From contig JAVWCU010000001.1 of assembly GCA_036648855.1 (NCBI GenBank), forward strand, positions 3,121-67,120: 64,000 nt of DNA, written 5' to 3'. Made by a program: the position numbers and the translations under genes. Of the stretch, positions 1 through 7,835 are shown in pieces (the stretch's first letter is position 1; the number at the start of each line of letters is the position of its first letter). This DNA comes from Bacilli bacterium (GTDB lineage: Bacteria > Bacillota_I > Bacilli_A > RF39 > UBA660). The notes beneath the pieces were generated by a model that saw nothing but the letters and a program-made list of their open reading frames with translations, was not told the DNA's origin and did no database searches.

Positions 1-268
1 TTTCCATATTAGCTTTTAAAAGATCTAAACTTTCTGGTGAAGCGATAGCTCTTGGTCTTAATGCTCCTTCTGTTACTTTTAAACTTGTTGAATTATCTTT
101 TATCTCTTCTTTTATAGACATTCTATTTTCTGAACATTTTGTACCACATCCACTTAATGATTCACATACATCATTACATGATGTGTATCTAGAACAACTT
201 ATACAACAATTGTAACTTTTACTTAAACTACAATCTTCATCACATAAATATACTTTATCTTTTTTCAT
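1..268 (-). CDS. hypothetical Cys-rich protein, 5' part only (gene runs off the left edge of the window)
   Basis: ATG at 268 (minus strand) 8 nt downstream of GGAGAC. Frame stays open to position 1. Translation begins MKKDKVYLCDEDCSLSKSYNCCISCSRYTSCNDVCESLSGCGTKCSEN. No in-frame TGA. Confidence 0.45.
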   Translation of the reverse strand, partial: MKKDKVYLCDEDCSLSKSYNCCISCSRYTSCNDVCESLSGCGTKCSENRMSIKEEIKDNSTSLKVTEGALRPRAIASPESLDLLKANME

Positions 269-292
269 TTTTTGTCTCCATTTCTTTTATTG

Positions 293-472
293 TTATTTTA
301 TTATATTATCTATAGTTATACTTATATTACATACGCCTTCTATATACAAACAAGAAGAACCATTTTTAGTTTTATATTCCATATTTGTATATATATCTAC
401 AAGCTCTTTATTAGATAATTCGTATTGGCATATCATATTAAAACATTTACTACATACATTACTACTATTCAT
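293..472 (-). CDS. small hypothetical protein, member of a paralogous small-protein family with a C-terminal E-I-x-G-V-C-[DN]-I-[ST]-I-[ST]-I motif
   Basis: ORF-track 293..478. The first ATG, at 472, has AGGAGAAG 5 nt upstream; 478 is a GTG extension. TAA stop. C-terminus ends LYIEGVCNISITIDNIIK. Confidence 0.45.
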   Translation of the reverse strand: MNSSNVCSKCFNMICQYELSNKELVDIYTNMEYKTKNGSSCLYIEGVCNISITIDNIIK

Positions 473-486
473 ATCCACTTCTCCTA

Positions 487-783
487 TTATATAATTCCAT
501 CTTCTATAGCTCTATGTATACTATCTAGTTTATTTAATAAATCATCTACATTATCTGTATAATATATATAATCATTTATTTTTACTTCTATTTTGTCTAT
601 GCATATTATCTCTATACGTACCTTTTGATTACAATACGCATATATCCAATCTCCATATAAGTATTTTCCTATTCTTATTATGTCTTCACATTTATTATTT
701 TCATGTAAGCGTCTTTCTAATTCATAAGCTTTTAAATACACGTCTTGTTCAATCTTCTTTAATTCTATAGACTTTGAACTCAT
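487..783 (-). CDS. hypothetical protein (98 aa)
   Basis: AAGGAGA RBS 7 nt upstream of ATG at 783. TAA stop. The C-terminus KVRIEIICIDKIEVKIN weakly resembles the family motif of the flanking small genes. Confidence 0.5.
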   Translation of the reverse strand: MSSKSIELKKIEQDVYLKAYELERRLHENNKCEDIIRIGKYLYGDWIYAYCNQKVRIEIICIDKIEVKINDYIYYTDNVDDLLNKLDSIHRAIEDGII

Positions 784-1045
784 GTTTATTTATCTCCTTT
801 TATTCATGTTTAATTAATTGGGGGGCCATAACCCCCAACTATTAATGTGTAAAAAAATACATTACTCTATATATACATATTGCTATAACTAATAACAATA
901 TTGTCTGTATTATTTCTACTATACTTATTATCATGTTATATATCTCTCCTACCTCTTAATATATTTCTTATAACGAGCTCTCTTATTACATTATACCTAT
1001 TCCATATAACACTACCATAACTACAGCTACTCCTATTATTATTTA

Positions 1046-1357
1046 TTATTCTATTGTTGTCTTTATTTTCTCTATACTTATAGTAATATCACATACTCCT
1101 ATTATCTCTAATTCTCTTCCTCCTACAGTAGCATATTTTTCTCCTACATATAACTCACTTACTTCTTCTAACGTATATGTTAATACTTGACCTATAACAC
1201 ATAAGTCTACCCTAGAACCTGGTCTTTTGATCATTCTTACTAATTCTTTTTCTTCACTTATATGACTATGTACTAATGCTAAATCGCCTGTTTCTAATTT
1301 TAATTTATTTTCTTTTTTTATTCCACATAATCTGTGTAATGTTACTTTACTATTCAT
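1046..1357 (-). CDS. small hypothetical protein, paralog of 293..472
   Basis: AGGAGAG RBS upstream of ATG 1357. TAA stop. C-terminus RELEIIGVCDITISIEKIK aligns with LYIEGVCNISITIDNIIK of 293..472. Confidence 0.5.
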   Translation of the reverse strand: MNSKVTLHRLCGIKKENKLKLETGDLALVHSHISEEKELVRMIKRPGSRVDLCVIGQVLTYTLEEVSELYVGEKYATVGGRELEIIGVCDITISIEKIKTTIE

Positions 1358-1450
1358 ATCTATCTCTCCTATTATTATTTGTTTATATTAATCGGGCCTC
1401 CATTGTTCCCTAACTTAATACTACTTTTATCTAATCTAGAAACGTACTCT

Positions 1451-1561
1451 CTATACTCTTCCTAATACTCCATCTATTACAAACCCTATTACTGTATCCT
1501 TAATGAAATTAACTGCATACATTATGATACTATGTATCCCTGCTATTAACCATGCTAACAT
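1451..1561 (-). CDS. possible 36-aa hydrophobic peptide (MLAWLIAGIHSIIMYAVNFIKDTVIGFVIDGVLGRV)
   Basis: ATG at 1561 with GGAGAG 11 nt upstream (long spacer). TAG stop. Only ORF in the 233-nt gap between 1357 and 1591. Below the ORF-track size cutoff. Confidence 0.2.
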   Translation of the reverse strand: MLAWLIAGIHSIIMYAVNFIKDTVIGFVIDGVLGRV

Positions 1562-1590
1562 ATCCTATAACACTCTCCTTTTTATTCTCT

Positions 1591-2316
1591 TTATATAATT
1601 ATCTTATTATTTATATATCTTTGTATCTCTTTTGCTTTATCACTTATTAAACTAGATATTAATTCCTCTTTACTTACATTCCTTAACATACATTCTATAT
1701 CTATTAACTCGTCTATATTATTGCTGATCTTTGTTTCTACTTTTACTTCCACTTTGTCTGTATTTATATTAGAAGCTGATTTACTTTTATTATCGCTAAC
1801 TATATCTTTTACTTTTATTTTTACTGTATTAAATCTTTTTGCTATTGTATAATCATTATCTACTGATTTATATATATAAATATATTCTTTACTAAATAAT
1901 TCTATTATCTTCTTTTTATATTTTGATAATAATATTTCATCTTTATAAAACTCATAATCTTTAAATATATATCTTCTTATATATAACTTTATTGCTCTTC
2001 TTAAATCTTTTGATTTTCGGGAAGTTGATATATCAACTATTTCTGAAACACTATATTCATTTAATGTGAACATATATATATTATCTGCTACCGTACTTTC
2101 TCTAAGCTTTATATCCACTACCATCTTCTCTGGTAATGCTCTTTGATATGTTCCTGTATTATTTATAACTGAATCTATTGCTGATATCTTTTGTCTTGCT
2201 GTACCTGTACAATCTTTTCCTACATTTATTAGTATCCTTTTCTTTTCCTCATTTGCAATAACTACTATTCCTTCCTGATTTAAATCATACATGTAATCTG
2301 GTCCTATTCCTACCAT
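1591..2316 (-). CDS. hypothetical protein (241 aa)
   Basis: GGAGGA RBS 8 nt upstream of ATG at 2316. TAA stop. Lys/Ile-rich, no recognisable motif. Confidence 0.55.
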   Translation of the reverse strand: MVGIGPDYMYDLNQEGIVVIANEEKKRILINVGKDCTGTARQKISAIDSVINNTGTYQRALPEKMVVDIKLRESTVADNIYMFTLNEYSVSEIVDISTSRKSKDLRRAIKLYIRRYIFKDYEFYKDEILLSKYKKKIIELFSKEYIYIYKSVDNDYTIAKRFNTVKIKVKDIVSDNKSKSASNINTDKVEVKVETKISNNIDELIDIECMLRNVSKEELISSLISDKAKEIQRYINNKIII

Positions 2317-2610
2317 CTTTATATTCCTCCAATATTTTTGTTTTTATTTCTTACTTTATTGTCTTCTGTCTTTTATGTGTATTTAGCTATTATACACATA
2401 GTAACTATATTTAGTTTATCTTATATTACTCATACAAGCAATTATACATACTTTTCCATAACTATACCGTATCTTAACGATACTGATCCTTCGCTTCGCT
2501 CAGGATGCTAATATAGTAAAACGATACATAAGTTATTATTTTCTATAATGGTTTGCTATTTTATTTCTCTTGTTTGGATTCTTATTCTCTTTGTTTTATA
2601 TTATTCGATT

Positions 2611-2649
2611 CTCTTGTATTATTCTCTTGTATTATTCTCTTGTATTATT
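2611..2649. repeat. tandem direct repeat CTCTTGTATTATT x3, flanked on both sides by ATTCGATT
   Basis: read directly from the sequence (2603-2654 including flanks). Intergenic, between the GIY-YIG gene and 1591..2316. Confidence 0.8.
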
Positions 2650-2710
2650 CGATTGGACTAGGTCTTTCCCCAAAGAAATACAATTTTTTGTAGTAAATTC
2701 TAAAACGGAT

Positions 2711-2750
2711 ATAAGCTGATAAGCTTCTGATAAGCTTCTGATAAGCAATA
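2711..2750. repeat. array of four GATAAGC boxes (ATAAGCTGATAAGCTTCTGATAAGCTTCTGATAAGC), 8-11 nt apart
   Basis: read directly from the sequence. Followed by a TGCAAG...CTTGCA inverted repeat at 2753-2782. Confidence 0.8.
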
Positions 2751-2830
2751 AAATGCAAGAAGTGATATATCAACTTGCAAAATCACACTAATATTAAGTG
2801 TCTTTCCCTAGGAGATTCTGCAAGATTGTA

Positions 2831-3415
2831 TTATCTTTTATTCATAAATGGCTTTAATTCTTTGTTTATCAAAGGGATTCCATTATGATTTTTAATAGCT
2901 TCTTCTTCTGCTTGCAGTAGCGTGTCTTTATTATTAGAATTGATTTCTTTTAGCATTGCAAACTTTGTATCAGGATGTTCTAATATTTCTATTGGAATAT
3001 ATTTTTGAGTTAAATGCCTTTCTAGCCTTGATAAAAAATTAATTGAAGTAGATCCTATATATGATTTGTTTAATGTATTATTATAAACATAATAGACTCC
3101 TTTTTTATCCTTTAAGTCGCCAACTATATTGGCTACAAGTTGCTTATGATGTGTTATAACTGTTTTTCGTAATGTAGCTATGTTATTAAATAATAATATT
3201 TCATATTCAGGGAATTCTAAAGTAAGAATATCCTCATGATAAGAGTCATTATGTATTTCTACGTCGCCTGTTTTAGATATAAGACAACTAGCTTTTGTTG
3301 AGTATATTGCCTCAAAAACCTCAAAGATGTTTCCAAATTTAAAGTAAAAGATTGTTTTGTTTTCATGGCATATTATTGATATGCTGCTTGTTTTGCTGTC
3401 CAATTTTATTTTCAA
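2831..3415 (-). CDS. GIY-YIG family endonuclease-like protein (194 aa), TTG start
   Basis: GVYYVYNNTLNKSYIGSTSINFLSRLERH gives GIY-(x10)-YIG followed by conserved R and H, located in the C-terminal half. AAGGAGA 6 nt upstream of TTG at 3415. TAA stop. Confidence 0.65.
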   Translation of the reverse strand: MKIKLDSKTSSISIICHENKTIFYFKFGNIFEVFEAIYSTKASCLISKTGDVEIHNDSYHEDILTLEFPEYEILLFNNIATLRKTVITHHKQLVANIVGDLKDKKGVYYVYNNTLNKSYIGSTSINFLSRLERHLTQKYIPIEILEHPDTKFAMLKEINSNNKDTLLQAEEEAIKNHNGIPLINKELKPFMNKR

Positions 3416-3498
3416 TGTTGTTCTCCTTTGTAGTTATATCTATATATGATAACTGTTTATAATTATACTTCGTATAATAAATGTCCGCATACGCTACC

Positions 3499-3522
3499 AG
3501 CCTCGGCCCTTCGGGCCTCGGC
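3499..3522. other. GC-rich hairpin GGCCC-TTC-GGGCC flanked by direct repeat GCCTCGG
   Basis: stands out in AT-rich intergenic DNA between 2831..3415 and the small ORF 3541..3711. Confidence 0.5.
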
Positions 3523-3540
3523 ATGATATGAGATGCATGT

Positions 3541-3711
3541 TTATAAACAGCTTTCTATAAGAAGCTCATCATAATCCATAGATAAATCATCATAGTCAGC
3601 TATATTAATATCTTTTTCTATAGCGTCATTAATAATGCTGTCCATGATATCATTATCATTAAGTATATCTATTAAACTAAAAGCTCCTTTTAAATTTCTA
3701 ATGCTAGTCAT
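3541..3711 (-). CDS. possible small acidic protein (56 aa; MTSIRNLKGAFSLIDILNDNDIMDSIINDAIEKDINIADYDDLSMDYDELLIESCL)
   Basis: ATG at 3711 abuts the TAA of the upstream gene (TAAATG), with GAGGA 7 nt upstream. Below the ORF-track cutoff. Confidence 0.35.
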   Translation of the reverse strand: MTSIRNLKGAFSLIDILNDNDIMDSIINDAIEKDINIADYDDLSMDYDELLIESCL

Positions 3712-3993
3712 TTATATTTCCTCACTTTCAATATAATTATCACAATGTAGGCAATTATATTCATCTATATATGAATGATGATCTAAACATAGTTGACATT
3801 CCATAGTAGCTATACAATCTTTAGCTATTAAACAATTATCACATTGAGATTCACTACATTCTATATCATTCATATTAGACATTTGTATAATCCATTGTCT
3901 TTTAGTATCTTTATCAGTACAAGCAGCTATTAAATCAATAAGCCTATCTCTTTTTGCTGTCATATCAGTATTTAGTTTCATTTTTATTCTCAC
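3712..3993 (-). CDS. Cys-rich hypothetical protein (paired CxxC motifs; 93 aa from GTG 3993 or 89 aa from ATG 3981)
   Basis: ORF-track 3712..3993. TAA stop. CSESQCDNC...CQLCLDHH...CLHCDNY suggests a zinc-binding fold. Confidence 0.5.
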   Translation of the reverse strand: MRIKMKLNTDMTAKRDRLIDLIAACTDKDTKRQWIIQMSNMNDIECSESQCDNCLIAKDCIATMECQLCLDHHSYIDEYNCLHCDNYIESEEI

Positions 3994-4130
3994 TTTCTAT
4001 TTTTTCTATTGTATTTTAATACTACATTATTTCTGAAATTAAAGTAACCTTTAGATTTATCAGGAATTATTCCATACAATTCACTTTTATTATCCCATGC
4101 TATATCTATTTGTTTTATAAGTTGTGGCAT
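3984..4130 (-). CDS. possible 48-aa protein (MPQLIKQIDIAWDNKSELYGIIPDKSKGYFNFRNNVVLKYNRKNRKWE)
   Basis: ATG 4130 with GGAGA 6 nt upstream. One TGA two codons before the TAA, so the product is nearly the same under either code. Overlaps the start of 3712..3993. Confidence 0.2.
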
Positions 4131-4159
4131 AACTAATCTCCTGTCTATAATTAATCAAT

Positions 4160-4197
4160 ATTTAAAAAAAGAAGATGCCAATTAAGACATCTCCTGT
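4160..4197 (-). terminator. hairpin plus U7 tract on the minus strand, 30 nt after the stop of 4228..4992
   Basis: plus-strand AAAAAAAGAAGATGCCAATTAAGACATCTCC. The minus-strand RNA forms an AGAUG/CAUCU stem followed by UUUUUUU. Confidence 0.45.
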
Positions 4198-4227
4198 AAA
4201 GTAATTTTCTAAAAGCGAAGCTTGGTT

Positions 4228-4992
4228 TTATAGAGCACCAAATCCTCTAGATATTTGTTTATTGTTCTTATTAGCTTTAAGAGATTTTATAGTTCCTAGT
4301 AAAGATTGAACATTGTCTCCCTTTAAAAGTTCTTTGTGATTTAAATCTCTAATTACTGTATTAGCAACACAAGCAGTAGCTTCTACAGCAGTTTTAACAG
4401 TTCCAACACCTACTACAGCACCAATTTCTACAGCAGCTAAAGTTACTTCTCTACCTACTCTATTAGCAACTTGTGCAGTTGAACCACCTATCATACCAGC
4501 TCTTTTAGCCCAGTTTGTTACTTTAATTCCTTGTTGTGCTACTTTAGTACTAAGCTCTATAGCAGACATTTGATCTTCTGAAAGATTAACAGCTATTACA
4601 ACATATATTAAACTGTTATACATCTTAGGTGCAAATGGTTGTTGTAGAGTTACTATTTGTAAATCATTAACCTTAGCTCCTCTTAAAATATCGTTTCTTA
4701 CTATTTCATATTTCTCTGGCGATGTAGCTGTTAAAGAAAAACTATTTGCTACTAAATTCTCATTAACTTCATATGCTTCAGCTGGTAATACTCCACCTTG
4801 GATTCTTGCTGATATAGCTGACTCAATAATCATTATTTGACTATCAGTTAAAGCTTCTTCATCAAACTTAAGTGTTGTTATTTTTGTTTCTTCATCTGTC
4901 ATTACTTCTGCAACACCAACTGCTACCATTTCAAATAAATTTGCTAACAACTCGTCTATTAATGCCTTTTCTGTTGATTGAATAACTTTCAT
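4228..4992 (-). CDS. hypothetical protein (254 aa) with Ala/Val-rich C-terminal half
   Basis: AAGGAGA 8 nt upstream of ATG 4992. TAA stop. The conserved ATTTTCTAWAAGCGAAGCTTGGTTTTA element overlaps its stop codon. Confidence 0.6.
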   Translation of the reverse strand: MKVIQSTEKALIDELLANLFEMVAVGVAEVMTDEETKITTLKFDEEALTDSQIMIIESAISARIQGGVLPAEAYEVNENLVANSFSLTATSPEKYEIVRNDILRGAKVNDLQIVTLQQPFAPKMYNSLIYVVIAVNLSEDQMSAIELSTKVAQQGIKVTNWAKRAGMIGGSTAQVANRVGREVTLAAVEIGAVVGVGTVKTAVEATACVANTVIRDLNHKELLKGDNVQSLLGTIKSLKANKNNKQISRGFGAL

Positions 4993-5081
4993 ATTATTAT
5001 CTCCTTCTATACTCTGTATTTTATTATTATGAGCCTAGATATTTCTACCCAGACTCATGTAAAATCATTTTCTATTTGTTT

Positions 5082-5801
5082 TTAGAATTGAGGTTGTGCT
5101 CCTCCTGCCGATTCAAATTTAATTGGATCATCATTTGTATTATCTGTATTATCTTTAGTTACAGGTTTATTATCTCCTGCATTGTTCTTATCCTCAAAAG
5201 CTGGTGGGGATATTGGAGCTGGTCCAGATGATACTACTTCTGGTTCTCTTAAATTCTTACGTTCTGCCATTAGCATTTTCATAGTGTCGAAATCTTTATT
5301 TATCATACATTCTTTTATTTGAGCATCGAACATATCTCTAAGTTCTTTATCTGGATCAACTGTTACTGCTGTTCCTCTAGATACGCCTACAGATTTTTCA
5401 TATACTGCTAATTCATCATATGCTGATTTCTTTAAGTTTTGCATAGCCACATTATCTGTTTTTATATATTTAACTAAACTAAATCTTATATTTAATATCC
5501 TTTCAGCATACAACTTATATATATCTTTAAATGCATTTATTTCATCAACACTTAATGTCGTTCCAGAAAGAGTTTTCCCAGACTTAACATATTCTACTGC
5601 TGAACCACTCATCAAACCTTGTATTGTGTCCATAATATGTATATTTACAGTTTCACATGGTTCTATAGATATAGATTCTAATACTTCTTTTAATGCTAAT
5701 AAACTAGGCATAAATACTCCTGTACCTGATTTACAAATCTTTGTTCCTTCACTTAATGCCACTGCATTTCCTTGTCTTGCTACTATCATTACGTTTTTCA
5801 T
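5082..5801 (-). CDS. hypothetical protein (239 aa)
   Basis: AGGAGG 7 nt upstream of ATG 5801, preceded by conserved 52-nt leader copy A. TAA stop. Confidence 0.6.
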   Translation of the reverse strand: MKNVMIVARQGNAVALSEGTKICKSGTGVFMPSLLALKEVLESISIEPCETVNIHIMDTIQGLMSGSAVEYVKSGKTLSGTTLSVDEINAFKDIYKLYAERILNIRFSLVKYIKTDNVAMQNLKKSAYDELAVYEKSVGVSRGTAVTVDPDKELRDMFDAQIKECMINKDFDTMKMLMAERKNLREPEVVSSGPAPISPPAFEDKNNAGDNKPVTKDNTDNTNDDPIKFESAGGAQPQF

Positions 5802-5806
5802 AACGT

Positions 5807-5864
5807 ACCTCCTATAATTTAAATTTCATAAAAAACTATTTTCTATAAGCGAAGCTTGGTTTTA
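5807..5864 (-). promoter_or_regulatory. conserved promoter/leader element, copy A (minus-strand sense AAAACCAAGCTTCGCTTATAGAAAATAGTTTTTTATGAAATTTAAATTATAGGAGGT)
   Basis: about 48 of 52 nt identical to copy B at 6966-7017. The same box recurs at 4203-4230, 6405-6425 and at least five times in 7395-7720. Confidence 0.5.
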
Positions 5865-5877
5865 GTTTTTTAATTTC

Positions 5878-5905
5878 TAAAAACGGTTTTGAAAGGACCG
5901 TAAAC
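5878..5905 (-). terminator. short hairpin (ACGGU/ACCGU) followed by UUUUAG on the minus strand, just after the stop of 5915..6358
   Basis: plus-strand AAAAACGGTTTTGAAAGGACCGTAAACCTTTT. Weak 5-bp stem. Confidence 0.3.
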
Positions 5906-5914
5906 CTTTTATAT

Positions 5915-6358
5915 CTAAAATGAAAAGGCGTTTATAGCCATTAAATGTCTCAACTCATGTTTACATTCATGCAAAGTTTTTATATCTATTTCTTTATGAT
6001 GATATGCTCTATCACACATATCGTCTGTTGTTTTTATTATTTCTAAAGCATTTTCTATATCCCTTGTTTCTAGCAATTGTTTTATACTATTTATATTATT
6101 GTTATATACATAGCTAAATGTTTCATCTGTTTCTTGTTTTGAATTTTCTATTCTTTCATCTATTTCAATAGCCTTATTAAAAGCTTTTTCTAGATCTTCT
6201 AACATTTCTGGCAATTCTTTAACTAATGTTTTAACAAAATCTTTTCCTGCAGTAAGCAATTGTATAGCATCTGTTGCTGTGTACTCTTGTTCTAATGTAA
6301 TGTTTCCAATCTTAATATCTCTAACTTCTATATTTTCTATTTTGAATAATGTTTTCAT
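5915..6358 (-). CDS. hypothetical acidic protein (147 aa from ATG 6358)
   Basis: ORF-track 5915..6364. ATG 6358 has AGGAGG 9 nt upstream. TAG stop. Confidence 0.55.
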   Translation of the reverse strand: MKTLFKIENIEVRDIKIGNITLEQEYTATDAIQLLTAGKDFVKTLVKELPEMLEDLEKAFNKAIEIDERIENSKQETDETFSYVYNNNINSIKQLLETRDIENALEIIKTTDDMCDRAYHHKEIDIKTLHECKHELRHLMAINAFSF

Positions 6359-6477
6359 AACCAATGACCTCCTACAGTCTATAATATATTTTATTTGATA
6401 AGAGTATTTTAACTCTCATAAGTAACAATTTTCTATAAGCTTTAGCTTGTTTTTATTTCTCCCCCGAAGGGAAAAGA

Positions 6478-6957
6478 CTAAAATGCATCTACTGCACTTA
6501 TAGTCTTTGGTTTTTCTACTATTTGATTCATCAAATTCCAACTAGCATTTATGTAACTATTGAACACTGGAGATTTAATCCCTTTTTGTCCAAACAATCT
6601 AACATTTGTATTTAGTTCATTTAATTGCTTATGTAACTCTTTAACTTGTACTAATACTGCTGGATTTATTTCTTTTTTGTCTTCACCTTTAGTGTGACCT
6701 TTTTCAATCCAATATGATCTAGTATCTTCGTAAGCTAAAAAGCTAACTGTATTGCATAGTAAGAAAGTAACAGGTGTTTCAAATCTAGTATTTCTAGGTA
6801 TCCTAGCTAGAGTTTTATTAAGAGCTTTAAGAGCTTCTAATTGAGTATCTTCACCTTTGAAAGTTTCATAACTTCCTGAACCGTTTGCGTTTAATTTAGA
6901 ATCTGTAACTATTGCAGTGCCGCCTCTGCCTACTATTGTAAATATTCTTTGTGCCAT
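6478..6957 (-). CDS. hypothetical protein (159 aa from ATG 6957)
   Basis: ORF-track 6478..6966. ATG 6957 has AGGAGG 9 nt upstream, preceded by conserved leader copy B. TAG stop. Confidence 0.55.
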   Translation of the reverse strand: MAQRIFTIVGRGGTAIVTDSKLNANGSGSYETFKGEDTQLEALKALNKTLARIPRNTRFETPVTFLLCNTVSFLAYEDTRSYWIEKGHTKGEDKKEINPAVLVQVKELHKQLNELNTNVRLFGQKGIKSPVFNSYINASWNLMNQIVEKPKTISAVDAF

Positions 6958-6965
6958 AATTGACA

Positions 6966-7017
6966 ACCTCCTATAATTTAAATTTCATAAAATATAATTT
7001 TCTATAAGCGTAGCTTT
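6966..7017 (-). promoter_or_regulatory. conserved promoter/leader element, copy B
   Basis: near-identical to 5807-5858: ACCTCCTATAATTTAAATTTCATAAAA..ATTTTCTATAAGCG.AGCTT. Confidence 0.5.
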
Positions 7018-7403
7018 ATAATAATGTCTTTTGATAATCAGCTATATTAACTAATTATCAAAAAACATTATTTTCTACCCCCGAAGGGGAGAACCTAACT
7101 GCTGTAATCAGCTAGATCCTTTTGATAGACGAGTTACAGTCTCTCTATCTCAACTTACATCCCAATACTTCTTGAAGGCTCCGAAGTTTTAACGGATTTT
7201 ACAAGAATACACTTTACGCAGCTATGCGGTCTAGAGCTACTAGATAATACAAGGGTTTAACCTACGATCCCCTTAAGGTTAAAAATACGACATAACAGAC
7301 AGCGAATCCGTTATGAAGGTATGCACCTGGCTATTCAAGAGCATACACTCTCATCAGTCAATAGCAACTGCCTATCACTTTAGTCGATTAGGTAACTTTT
7401 TGT

Positions 7404-7654
7404 TTCATAAAAGACAATTTTCTATAGCGTCAGCTTAAGCTCTTAAAAAGCTTTTACCAAAACTATAAAAGAATTATCTTTCATAAGACATAATTTTCTA
7501 ATGCAATTTTAATTGCACTTGTTATTATGTCCTGAGACTGCACTCGTCAGTATTACTGAAAAGTATAGCTTCATAAAAGACAATTTTCTATAGCTTTAGC
7601 TTAAGCTTTTAAAAAGCTTTCACCAAAACTATAAAAGAATTATCTTTCATAAGA
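7404..7654. repeat. two 85-nt direct repeat units (7404-7488 and 7570-7654, about 90 % identical)
   Basis: each unit carries TTCATAAAAGACAATTTTCTATAGC, an AAGCTTTTAAAAAGCTT hairpin, and ends in TCATAAGA. Confidence 0.7.
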
Positions 7655-7719
7655 AACTATTTTCTATAAGGCTTTAGCCTTTAAGAAGCTTTAATGTCTC
7701 ATTAAAGATTATTTTCTAT

Positions 7720-7779
7720 GAGCACTGCCAGGGAAGCAAACGTAGCCGTGGCTATGGATTGCGACCGTAGGCAGTGCTC
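7720..7779. other. 60-nt palindromic stem-loop GAGCACTGCC...GGCAGTGCTC with nested inner hairpins
   Basis: perfect 10-bp outer stem read directly. Too short and wrongly proportioned for a tRNA cloverleaf. Confidence 0.6.
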
Positions 7780-7815
7780 TTTTATAATAACCCGTAGGGC
7801 TAGAGCTTTAGAATT

Positions 7816-7831
7816 ATCCCCCGAAGGGGAT
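7816..7831 (-). terminator. AUCCCC-UUCG-GGGGAU hairpin directly after the TAA of 7836..9323 (no clear U tract)
   Basis: plus-strand ATCCCCCGAAGGGGAT. On the minus-strand RNA this is a UUCG-tetraloop-capped 6-bp GC stem. Confidence 0.35.
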
Positions 7832-7835
7832 TACT

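Larger units (their letters stand above)
7040..7835. other. 796-nt ORF-free, locally GC-enriched, highly structured non-coding region
   Basis: no ORF above 60 aa on either strand. Contains: a 10-bp inverted repeat TTTTGATAAT/ATTATCAAAA (7051-7085), CCCCGAAGGGG-type GC hairpins (7081-7098, 7816-7831), CGCAGCTATGCG (7218-7229), two 85-nt direct repeats and at least five copies of the ATTTTCTATAGC box. Confidence 0.6.

Noticed and set aside
2603-2750. Tandem repeats as a CRISPR array
   Set aside because: Units are 11-13 nt with no unique spacers of regular length. There are only three or four copies.
7167-7190. CTTCAAG (minus-strand sense) resembling an anticodon loop with a UCA anticodon, which would be a suppressor tRNA for TGA
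   Set aside because: No 5-bp anticodon stem, D-arm, T-arm (GTTCRA) or acceptor stem can be built around it; only a 5-bp ACTTC/GAAGT hairpin with an 11-nt loop. No tRNA cloverleaf was found anywhere in 7040-7835 by eye. The 60-nt palindrome at 7720-7779 is too short for a tRNA.
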